Of a DNA stretch of 64,000 nucleotides, positions 53,293-64,000 are shown piece after piece. Position 1 is the stretch's first letter. The number at the start of each line of letters is the position of its first letter. The DNA lies in the NCBI GenBank assembly GCA_951406725.2, contig OX597831.1, forward strand, positions 79,732,001-79,796,000, given 5' to 3'. Below the pieces are notes generated by a model. It saw nothing but the letters and a program-made list of their open reading frames with translations. It was not told the DNA's origin and made no database searches. The translations under genes and the position numbers were made by a program. This stretch comes from Octopus vulgaris. Its lineage: Eukaryota.

Positions 53293-54049
53293 TAATAGTT
53301 ATCGTCAAACTAACATGGCAGTCCAGGAAAATAGGACCAATGCTGCCGTTGATTAGCTCCAAGAGGCTATCGCCTCTAGCTATGTGACACACAAACCTGT
53401 GTCCATTATAACCTTCAAAGAGGGGAGGTCAGCAGCTTCTTTTACTTGTTTCAGTCATTTGACTGCGGCCATGCAGGAGCGCCGCCTTTAGTCGAACAAA
53501 TCGACCTCAGGACTTATTCTTTGTAAGGCTAGTACTTACTCTATCGGTCTCTTTTGCCAAACCGCTATGACTAAAACAAATAAAAAGAAAAAAAGGAAAA
53601 TATAAGTGTGTGTGTGTTTGCTCCCCACAACCGCTTGAGAACCGACGTTGGTCTATTTACGTCCACGTAACTTGCCATGCAGTGGGATTGAACCCGGAAC
53701 CATGAGGTCGGGAATCAAACCTCTTACTACATAGCCATGCCTACACCTCTTGCACTTAAATTTTAACAACAAAAATCTTATACAGACCCTGAAGGGTCAC
53801 ATGGGGCCCCGGTTGAGAACCCCTACTTTAAACGAACAACGCTCATGTTCACCAATCCTGATATGAAATCAAATACGTTAAATAAGCATCTGCCTACAAA
53901 ACACAATTCGTTCATTTCTCGGGCGCCATGACTTAGCGGTCCGACAATATAAATACCAGATTTAAAACAGGTACTGAGGTCAATATAATCGTTTGCACAC
54001 TTTAGAAGTCTATACTCCAGCATGGCCGCACCCCACAAAATTAATCTTT

Positions 54050-54726
54050 TCTTCTCTCAGTACAAGGCCCGGTATTTTGGAGTGGGGCAGCTGATTACAT
54101 TGACACCAGTACGCAGCTGGTACTTGATTTATTGATCCCGAAATAATGAAAGGCAAGTCGACCACGGCGGAATTTGAACTCAGAACGTAAAACCAGACGA
54201 AATAGCGCTAACGATTTCGCCCGGCGTGCTAACGCTTCTGCCAGCTCGACGCCTTAAATATTCTTTTCTACTGGTGGCACACGGTCCGAACTTTTGGCGC
54301 GAGTGGGGCCAATCGATAAGATCGACCCAGTACGCAACTGGTACTTTAATTTTTCGACCCCGAAAGAATGAAAAGCAAAGTCGTTTCTGTCAGCTCACCA
54401 CCTTTGGGTAGGGGGAGGTTTCAGTCGATTAGATCGACCCCAGTACACAAGTGGTACTTAATTTTTCTACGCCGGAAGGATGAAAGGAAATGTTGTCCCC
54501 AGCGGAATTTGAACTCAGAACGTAAAGACAGACGAAATACTGCTAAGCATTTATTTAGCCCGACGTGCTAACGATTCTGCCATCTCGATGCCTTAAATAT
54601 TCTTTTCTACTCTAGGCACAAGACCCGAAATTTTGGGGAGTGGGGGCAAACTCAGAACGTAAAGACAGACGAGATATGCTAAGCCTTTCGCCCGGCCTGC
54701 TAACGATTCTGCCATCTCGCCGCCTT
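54050..54726 (-). mobile_element. Array of about 4 MetaSINE-like copies and fragments
   Basis: Repeated core/head motifs separated by TTAAATATTC. Confidence 0.85.
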
Positions 54727-55159
54727 ATCCAATAAAAGAAATAAATTTAAGATAGAAATACGTAATACGTGGCATTTTTTTTCTTCCGGACTTAGCATTT
54801 TAAAATTGACGTTCTGGTTTCAAAACTCACCAAGTGCAGTGATTTTTTCTTTATTTGTTATCTTTAATCAATTCATGTTCGTCTTCTTTTTTTCTTCTTT
54901 TTTTGTTTCTTACTTGTTTCAGTCATTAGACTGTGGCCATGCTGGGGTATTACCTTGGAGAATTTTAATCGAACGTACCGAGCCTAGAACATTTCTCTTT
55001 TCTTTCAAACCTGGTACTAATTCTATCGGAAAAAGTTACGCCAAGTTAATTGGACGTAAACAAACCAACACCCGTTGTCAAGCGGTGGTAGGAGACAAAT
55101 ACAAGCACAAAGTCACTGTGTGTTTGTGTATATCAAAAAATAATATAAACAATATAATT

Positions 55160-55196
<37 letters not shown>

Positions 55197-56629
55197 TCAT
55201 TTAGAGATAGTAGCCCCCTTCATCCCACCATATAAAAGAATTTTAGATTAATTTATAAAATTCTTTTATATGGTGGGATGAAGAATGCTAAAAGAAAAAA
55301 ATATATATTTCCTCATTGAGAATAATTTGAACCCCTGTGATGCCGGAATTTTTATTCCCTAACAAATAAAATTAAATATATATATATATATACTTATTTA
55401 TTAATTATTTATTGGAGGTTTCTTTCCGTTTCTCCTTGCCAAATTCATTCACAGGGTTTCGCCTCAGCTCAACCTGCTCTGCGGTGGTACTGAACCCGAA
55501 ATCGTGAGCTTTTGAACCCGGGTATGTGTGTGTTATTTTCATGTAGCTTGCGTGGCGCCGAAAAGGATCACGGGATTTCTGGAGAACGTTTTTTTCTTGT
55601 ATTTTTTTTAACACCAGTTTCACCAATTTCTCCCGTGATGCTTTGCTATGAAATTAAAAGCGCGCGAAAAATCAACCTATTTCTTATTTGAGTCGGCTGC
55701 AAATCAAGTATAAACTTAGACACACCAAGCCATGATACATTTTTGACGCTAGCAGACTTTCATTATTCCTTATGAAAAGGATACATAGAAGGGACAAACA
55801 AGGACATATAAGGGTCAGATACACTCTTACAACAGATTAAACACGAATGAGTTGAATTTTTGACGCAAACAGACCACTGTTGGAGAGAAAAGGGAGCACT
55901 CTCGGATATTCTGGAGTCTTTAATATTTCGAGTTTGAAAGAGAAAACTATTTCCTTCGTTTCACAAAAATAAAACAAGACGGAACACGTTGTACATTGAT
56001 ATTACATTGGAGCTATCGAGAAAATTATTGCAACGCCAAATGGACTCGGCCACATTGGATGTTGAAACACACACAAAAAAGAAATTTATGTTCTTCGACG
56101 ATGAAATGATTTTGAAAGGAAAACGCCGTAAGTGATAAACTTTTATTACAAAAAAATGATAATAATAATAATAAACCAAAATCGATGCGTCACTGCAAAT
56201 TCCGTTACGTAAGTCTTGAGTTACGTAAGACGGAAGAAATATTGAGAAACTTAGTTTGCTGTTAACCAAACACTAAAATATTCTATTCAGTCTCACTCGA
56301 CTCCTTGTCAGTCCTGAGCCAAATATTCACCCACGCCTAAAATATTGCCATAACTCGTTGCTCTCTTAACGATTTGATCAGGACTTGAATTACCTGTCAC
56401 TAGGGACACGGTGGCAAAATAAAAGCTAGGACTGTAACCTCGAAGGAAATTCGAAATATCTTCATAAATATACGTAACCTAATACGCAAAGATCCTGCTT
56501 CGCCCTCGATACTAATCCTGGAATCCTAGTTGCGTATGCTTCCTTTAACGCCTGTTTTGCTATGTTAGCCTGGAGCGGTAATTTGAGACCTAAATGCAGT
56601 GAGCAAACGAAATTCATTGAAGCAAATTT

Positions 56630-56663
<34 letters not shown>

Positions 56664-56937
56664 CTTTTCATTTCCGACCTCTTGCTTTTTAATTTTTTTT
56701 TTTTCTCGGAGTCTAAGAAAGCGGGGCCGCTTTGACAATCAATATTAATACCGCTCAACCAATGTGTTTATTCAGCTCTCACACACTGCATAGCTAAAAA
56801 CTGGGGCATCACACTGCTGACTTTTTTCGCCACAAACTCCTATAATATTTAGTGAAATTTTTCCTGAGCTAGGTTTTTACTGGGGTAGATTGATTTTTTT
56901 TTTTTTCTTTTTTTTTTTTTTTAAAGTTCCGATCCTC

Positions 56938-57241
56938 TTTGGGTACTACTAGCGAACAGTGGTCCCGGTACACGCACTCGTGCATCCGCGCTAGCTAGTC
57001 GTAAGTAGTCGATCCCACAACGACTTGCGCGTATGTTTGTATTTCAAGGTTGAATATATATCAAAGAAAATTATTTTTCGAACAAAGTAAATAAAACGCG
57101 AAGTAAATTATTTTTTAAAACAAAGGTTAGGATTATGGTAAAAAAATTAGGGTTAGGGTTAAAATGTAATAGGATCGACTACTTAGGGCTGGCTTGCGCA
57201 AGTGCGCGCACCGGGACCACTATTCGCTAGAAGTACCCAAA
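56938..57241. mobile_element. MITE-like element with about 70-bp imperfect TIRs and internal GGTTAG repeats
   Basis: TTTGGGTACTACTAGCGAACAGTGGTCCCGGT.. versus ..ACCGGGACCACTATTCGCTAGAAGTACCCAAA. Confidence 0.75.
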
Positions 57242-57618
57242 CATCTAAAATATATAATGAAATTTTTCCTGAGCTAGGTTTTCACTGGGGTAGGTTGATT
57301 TTTATTTTAGCTCCAGTCCTCTTTGTGTGTTTTGTCTTTTTGAAAACTTTCCCAATATAAAATTTAAGGGTACGGAAACCACTATTCAATATTTGGGTAC
57401 TCCTTTTACCACATACTTCCCTGCCCCCCTCCTTTACATAAGGAAATCGTTTTCCACAAATTTCTTTCAGAGAATTTTCCTGACCAATACGAGATGGAAA
57501 GTGACAAATCCAACTCGCCTGCAAAAAAAAATTACGAATGTTTCTTCCTTTCCCATCCACCCCTATAAAAAAAAAAAAGGGCCCACTTTATTTTTTACTT
57601 TATATAAAACTCATCGAT

Positions 57619-58162
57619 GGCGGAGAGCTGGCAGAAACGTTAGCACGCCGGGCGAAATGCGTAGCCGTATTTCGTCTGTCGTTACGTTCTGAGTTCAAAT
57701 TCCGCCGAGGTCGACTTTGCCTTTCATCCTTTCGGGGTCGATTAAATAAGTACCAGTTACGCACTGGGGTCGATAAAATCGGCTTAATCCGTTTGCCTGT
57801 CCTTGTTTGTTCTGTGTTTAGCCCCTTGTGGGTAGTAAAGAAATAAGTATTTCGTCTTTCTTTACTTTGTGACTTGAATTTCGCCAGCGTCAATGTTTCC
57901 TTCTAATTCCTTTTGGGGTCGATAAAATGAGTCAGTCAAGAATGGAATCGATGTGATTGAGTTCCTCTCTCCCCTAAGAAAAACTGCTGGCCTTGTACCC
58001 AAATAGGAAGCCATTTTTATTCATCGTAATTTAAGGCGGTGAGCTGGCAGAATCGTTACCACGCCGGGGTCGATAAAATAAGTACCAGTTGCGTACTGGG
58101 ATCAATCTAATCAACTACCTCCCGCAAAAATTTTGGGCCTTGTGCCTAGAGTAGAAAAGAAT
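57619..58162 (+). mobile_element. Three MetaSINE-like copies (young Tx1-tail copy fused to an old copy; third copy internally deleted)
   Basis: Junction ..GTAAAGAAATA|AGTATTTCGTCT at about 57845. Confidence 0.85.
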
Positions 58163-58289
58163 ATAAAATGCATCGCAAACTTTGTAGATTAAGTAACACA
58201 AAGCAGAAAGCTTGAGTAACTCGGTACTGTTAATTAGGCCTGCTAATTAATCGGATAGGAGTTAATTATAGATATCGGTGTATGTGGGA

Positions 58290-59607
58290 TTATTTCTTTA
58301 TTATGATTATACAATCGTTACATAGGACAAATACAGGACATACATGTAAAAAACAGTTAAGAGGTTCGATTAAAAAATTTTCCATAACATTTGGATTATT
58401 CATTATAAAAATTCGTCTGTCCAAAATTGTCCTTTACATTACCTGACCAATAGAATATTGTAACATTACATAAACTTTCGATCTTACCGAAGTTTTAAAC
58501 CCCGGCAATTTATAAGGCCCCGCAGCTTTTGTTTCCTCTCCTCCCTCCATAGTTAAGCTGGGTTTCTGACGCCCACCTTTTTTTCCACTTCCTTCCATCT
58601 TTTCTCATACACACCCCGTGGTAAGATCCTCTTTTCCAGCCCCATTTTGCTCTTCAGATGATATCTGAAGTAAGTGAGCAAGCCGGGGCCCGAGACAAAG
58701 GATCCTATCGCGACTCCTTCCATTCTTGTTCGCCACATGCATTCTTTTACTACTGCAACCGTGCAGTGAAAACATGCCTCACCTTCCTTCGAGAGTCCAG
58801 TTGGCGGTATCATCTTAATCATAGACTCAGCCGACAGCTGTACTCGTCCCAGATGCGATAACACGTGTTCTGCGTAACTTATCAAGTCGGACAACTTCCG
58901 ACAGTGTACAAAAGCGTGCTGGACGGTTTCATCGTCCAACTCGCACCTCGGACACGTCGGTGGCACTGAAATTCCGTGCCGCGATAACTTCTCGCGAACA
59001 GGTAAAGCATTCCTATAGCACTGCCAGGCCAGGTATCTTTGGAAATTATCCAAATACCCCGTCCTGAAAGTCTTTTTAAACAGGTTGATAAGCTGGTCTT
59101 CGTCAAACCCCAGAGCCCCTCCTAGGACGTCGTCGTTCTTTGCCTCTACCAGCCTTCTATAAAATACCGAGGTGGTATTTCCGCAGCCGGCCTTGCCCGC
59201 CTTGTGGATCAGCGTGAGTGCCTGTCGGCACTCCTTTTGCCATGAAGTCAGTTTCCATCTTTTGATAAGACCGGGTTTAAAATTCACTAAGGAGGCCGGT
59301 CTCGGGAAAAATCCCCCTGCCAGCGGACTCCACACCTTATCGCCCTCCAGGTGGTGCCAGAGATGCTTCAGCCTCAACGCATGTCTGCGCATCATCAACC
59401 AAGGCATTCCTAACCCACCCTTTAACGGTTCCTGGCAGCAAACGGAGCGCCTCACAAGTGGCTTTCCTCCCTTCCACAAAAAGCGGAAAAGGATTCGCTC
59501 CAACTTGCTAAGCCATGAATCGGGGCAAGGGACAACGGTCAGGCGGTAAGTGATTACAGATGCAATGAACATCTGTACCACCTCCGCGTTTCCTTTCAAG
59601 GACAGAA
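58290..59607 (-). mobile_element. Young 5'-truncated Tx1/L1-clade LINE with 18-bp TSD and intact ORF2 C-terminus (zf-RVT)
   Basis: ATATCGGTGTATGTGGGA at 58272-58289 and 59608-59625; FRFLW, KGGLG, CPRC..ETVQHAFVHC; tail AATAAAGAAATAA. Confidence 0.93.
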
Positions 59608-59663
59608 ATATCGGTGTATGTGGGAGGGAGGTTTTTCGTCCCACTGGTAATCTTCAACATTTA

Positions 59664-60690
59664 CGTAGGGGAGACCGGGTCTAGTTGTTCCGTTTTCATT
59701 TTTTTTTTTTTGCCTTGGCACTCGCATAACTGAACACAGCTGAAGTTTGTTTTCAAATTAGGGAAACATTTGTTATCACCAGCAAAAGACAAATTGCATA
59801 ACATTGATTAGACAGGTTCTAATTAATGGGGTGGTGTCAGCTGTAACACTTTTCCCCGAGTGCGAGCTACGTTGTGACACTTACTGGGGTATTTTAACAT
59901 ACTTCAGAGTTATCGACAATGAATGTCTCGAAGGAATGTCTCCGGTCTCTTGCATCTAGCAAGTATTAATTTCATTAATTAACTGCTTTGAACCACCTCA
60001 TATCCTTTGATACTGAGTCCTCATCAGCCAATTTCCCCATTGTTACATGTGCCATCTAGTCGGAATCGGCGTCCATTCACTTCTCACCACACAGAGCACA
60101 TAGAAAGTCCTGTCATCCATCGGTACAGTCAGTGTATGCCCAGTCTTTACAGATCATGCATTGCGCCCATTCTTCACCTGGAAGGGAGTTGGAATACCAA
60201 TCTGAGCAGACAAAGCATTTCCAATCAGCGACTTGCTTGCTGCGAAGCAGCTTCCCTTTGCCTTTTCCTGTTTTAGTTGACTTTCCTTTCCCCTTTAGCT
60301 TTTCTGTACCAGTTGCCTTCTTTTGTTTGAATTTCCGTTCGTTTATTTCATCCATTATGCGCCGTTTTACGGGGGTTAGGGTTAGAATGGCTGTTTGGTA
60401 CCTCTCACGACTTCGACCTGTTTTCCTGGGGGAAGCCTTCCTTAATGGGCAAAACATCTCTGGGCTTGTAATAACACCACGAAAACTTGGGCCTGGTATA
60501 GGTTGGTCTGTCGGACCGTCTTGCTGTTCATTGACCTGGTCGTTTGGCTGCAAGTTAGGTTCGTTGTCTGGCTGCATTCCAGGCTGCACCTCAGTCTGGT
60601 CTTCCGATTTTGTAGCAGGACAATTTGTGATGTAACTTGGAAGGAAATCATCACCAAAGACATCCCTGTTAAAGGGCCAGATACCACTGA
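59664..60690 (-). mobile_element. pogo/Tigger-like transposon 3' part with C-terminal PHD finger
   Basis: TA+CGTAGGGGAGACCGGG terminus; GIWPFNRDVF.DDFLPS, ILTLTPVK, CFVC..WAQCMICKDWAYTDC. Confidence 0.8.
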
Positions 60691-61689
60691 CTGTGTCGCT
60701 CTGACCTATTCAGCTATGTTTAAATTTATACAAATATTTTACATTTTGTCAGGCATATGTAATTCAGTTTGAAACCGAATGGTATTGAAACGATTGTAAA
60801 AAATATTAAATTGTGCTCCGTGGTTTCTTCTTTGGCTTGACATAGGTGGACTCTCAGTGTAGTGTGCTATCATGGCACCAAAAATGTACAATCGTCTTGT
60901 CTGATTCTGATTCTCTGGTCTTAAATTTGGTTTAGCCTACCAATTCTACCATTCTTGGAGATATTTTATACTGCTTAGATAACGATGAGAGGATCTCCTT
61001 TGCGTCTGATGCAGCGGAATCTTGTATCTAATCCGTCGGTCATTTTGTAACTCGCTCTTCGTAAGATGACTTTTGAACTTTAGCTTTCATTAGATCTGTC
61101 TTCAAAAGACTATGGCTGGACTTTTATTTTCCACCATTGGCGTAGTTAGTGTGTTTGTCTTCGCCGGGTCATGGTTTCGATTCTCAGTCTGGGTGATACA
61201 GTGCGTTCCTTAGCAAAACACTTTCTCATTGCCCCAGTTTACTCGGCTGCAAACGAGTAACCCAGCCATAGTGGTTTGTTGTGATCTCGGTCCCCAACAC
61301 AATAACAGAGTAACTGGCCCTATGACCCCACGGATTCTGGACCACTATTTCCTAATTTCTTGTCTTTACGTAAATGTCATATTGTCCGGCTCATTTGCCT
61401 ATCCAACAAATATGCTGAAGCTTTTGAATTTAGCTTCACTTTTCGGGTGTCGTAGGTTTTTTTTTTTCTTTGAAAATTCGTGCCGAATATTTTGAGCGCT
61501 ACTTTGGAAACGCACCGCGTTTCCTTTCAAAATGCTTATTTTAGGGAAGTAAAATATTAACGAAGACAGCTTCTTACAATGCAGCTATTGTAAGCTCTTT
61601 ATTTTAGTTTTGTGTCAAAACTTCAAGCAATTTACATCGCTTTTCATTGCCTTTTCTATCTGTACACGAACCAACATAATCTACGCGCG

Positions 61690-63795
61690 CATCAGTCTTC
61701 TAGCACAACTAGAGGACGTGATGTACAAAGAAACTTCTCCAGGTTTCTAAAATAATCACTTTGCCCGGTTGTGCGGGGGGCATAAATTGCAACCAATCTG
61801 ATAGTCTTACAAGGGCTGGACGTCAAGTCGATGACGACCAGCCTACCTTCTGCATCTGAAAAAAACCCTTTTTCTCAGAAACCCGGTTTCTTTTTAACAG
61901 GACCAATACTCCGCTCCCGCTATGAGGACAGCTCGGAAAGAAACTCGTAACCGTCAAACAGCGCAAGCAGATCTCTTGACCCTCTCAACCGGATTTCTGT
62001 AACATCTAAATCATGTGACCTGGTGTCATTGAGGCGTTCCTGCTTCCAGCCTGACATCAGGCTACGCACATTTATGCACCCCACGTGACTACTACACATA
62101 CTTACCTTAGTGAGAGGTTTTCTCCTTTTCACGGGCTCGTGGGCTGGTGCTTTGACATAGGTCCTCATACATGGATTTGTTAAAGTTCAGTTTTGGAGGA
62201 CCTATGTCTGTTGGGAGCTATTGTTTTAAGATATGATGGTTTAGTTCATCTATTTGATAGATGACTATATCGGCGGGAAGTTTTTGATAATGTTCTCTGT
62301 CGATCCTTATTTAATTTTGTGTAACAACTGTTTGTTGTTTATCTTTATTGCCACCAGTACTTGTTTGAATCCCTTTTTCTTTGGGCTGGGGGGAGGAATG
62401 TTTCTGGGCTTGGGAGTGGATGTAGTGGGCAGAAGTGCAGGGTTGAGGGCCGGGAGAGGGAAGTCAGCGCTGGTGGGAGGGAGGGGAGTCTCAGCTCTGG
62501 GGCGAGGGTAAGGAAATATCGTATGATATCCGGCGTTGGATGGAGAGTAATGCGAAAAAGATATTGACTTTCGGGGGCAGTAGTGGTAGTGAGGGATGGG
62601 TTTTTCTTGTGTGATTGCGGCAGGGGTTTTTCTTGTTTGTGCTGGGAGTGGGTGGGGTATACCGACCCGCCATCTTTGTCCCCAGCTTGTTGAGTATTCT
62701 TAGTGCTGGGGTCCTGGTGGTCGGTCTTTTGGTTTTGCTGTTCCATCTTTTCGCTACTTTCTTCATTTTGGACTTCTTCCGCCTTACGGGTGGGGCAGTT
62801 CGCTCGAATGTGACCCTTTTCACCACACTCGAAACATTGTGGTTTTCTCCCCTCCACCATCACCCGCAAGGTAGTTTCTTCCTCTCGAAGGATGTTTTCC
62901 ACTGTCTTCTAGTGTCTGGGGGGTCGCTTGGATGAGGACCTCTGACCCCACCAGTTTTGCTGCTGGATTCTTGTTGCTTCAATTATTTAAATTTTCTCTT
63001 CTAATCCCATTAGTAGGTTTGAACAGGGCCAAGTAACGTCGGGATTTCATCAATTGTTACTTTAGTCGTGCACCTACCCAAATACGTTGGTAGGAGCACT
63101 GTTTCATTCCTTTTTCAATGGATGGGAAATGTTTTATCGCCCCTTTTCTTCATCCTTATAATAGACCCCCCCCCCACTGCTGCGTATCTTTTCCCTCTCG
63201 TCAGGAATTCTTCATCCTGCCAAATTGGTTGCAAACAGTTTTCGATCTGTTCATTTGAAGTCTTTTCAATCTTTTATCATTGTTTTGAAGCTGATCATTT
63301 TCTTTCGAGTCTGCTCTGTTAATTCGTTTGGGAGGGTGGCATTTGCATCAAAGCCCTCCCTTGCAAACAGGTTTCTGTGTTGTAACAATACACCTGGTTC
63401 GATGTTTAGTTTATCTTTTTTTACACCTGCCGCAGCGACAAACTTGACCTTTTTATAGATTTCAGTTTCATTCACCTCTTTTCAGAGGAATTTTCTGGAG
63501 TATTTATCTTAAGTTTTTCCTTGGGTTCCCAAGGAATTTTTCCCATTCAGATATTTCTTGGGATAAGGTTTTTTTCTTTGGATGACATAGACATGTCTTC
63601 AATAATGGTTGTTCATTAGAAACACAAAAATTTTTGTGAAAACACTCAGAAATATCGCCCCCTCTCACGGAGGGGAACAACAGTTAAGTCCGTCAAACAC
63701 AGAACGTAGTTACAAACAACAGTTCAACAGCAGGAATAACAAGCAAAATTTACTATACCGAATTGATCCAAACAAGAACGAACACAACCAATATT
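61690..63795 (-). mobile_element. Degenerate Tx1/L1-clade 5' region: ORF1 with CCHC knuckle and start of ORF2 AP-endonuclease
   Basis: CFECGEKGHIRANC; VGCINVRSL, DAEGRLVVIDL, IRLVAIYAP. Confidence 0.85.
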
Positions 63796-64000
63796 GACGA
63801 TTAGTTGGTGACTGCGGCCCACCCGTTAAGCATCGTGGTCGATGCTATAAACTCGCCTGCTGCGCTGAAATTTCTGCCCTCGCGCCTAGAGTAGAATTAA
63901 TATTAGGTCACGTGTTGGAAAAATCGGTTGTTTAACGGACAAAAGTGTTTGGCAGCATTTTTCCGGCTATTTACGTCTCCAGTTCAAATCCCGCCGAGGC

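Noticed and set aside
55454-55522. Plus-strand AG..GT exon-like segment
   Set aside because: It has stops in all three frames; it could only be a UTR exon, and nothing supports that.
57147-57161. Telomeric TTAGGG
   Set aside because: Only about 2.5 units, internal to a MITE-like element.
58553-59644. 363-aa host gene
   Set aside because: It is the C-terminus of a Tx1 ORF2; the first about 12 residues come from the flank and TSD.
60113-60589. Host PHD-finger gene
   Set aside because: It is preceded by the pogo GIWPFN motif, has an in-frame stop within the finger and is bounded by a TA-flanked TIR.

Overview
Eukaryotic, AT-rich, very repeat-dense DNA. The SINE families and microsatellite load suggest an octopus or other coleoid cephalopod (inference from recall, not a database hit). 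Nearly all ORF-track entries are translations of microsatellites or SINEs. Only one host coding region is convincing: a 655-aa orphan-like ORF on the minus strand (50323-52290) that starts just after a splice acceptor. The rest is mobile DNA: at least four tRNA-derived SINE families; R4/Dong-like restriction-endonuclease LINEs in (TAA)n, (GAA)n and (CATA)n; Tx1/L1 fragments with clear TSDs; a CR1-like 3' end; mariner/Tc1, pogo, piggyBac-like and Helentron-like derivatives; and short (TA)n-embedded Penelope-like elements carrying hammerhead ribozyme motifs. Main findings: (1) a hammerhead whose three strands occur in a non-canonical, pseudoknotted order (19326-19386), next to three canonical or minimal hammerheads; (2) two SINE-LINE 3'-tail partnerships visible within the window, one with a covarying stem-loop; (3) retroelement families that each occupy a different microsatellite motif. 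All coordinates were read by eye; fuzzy element edges may be off by 10-20 bp.
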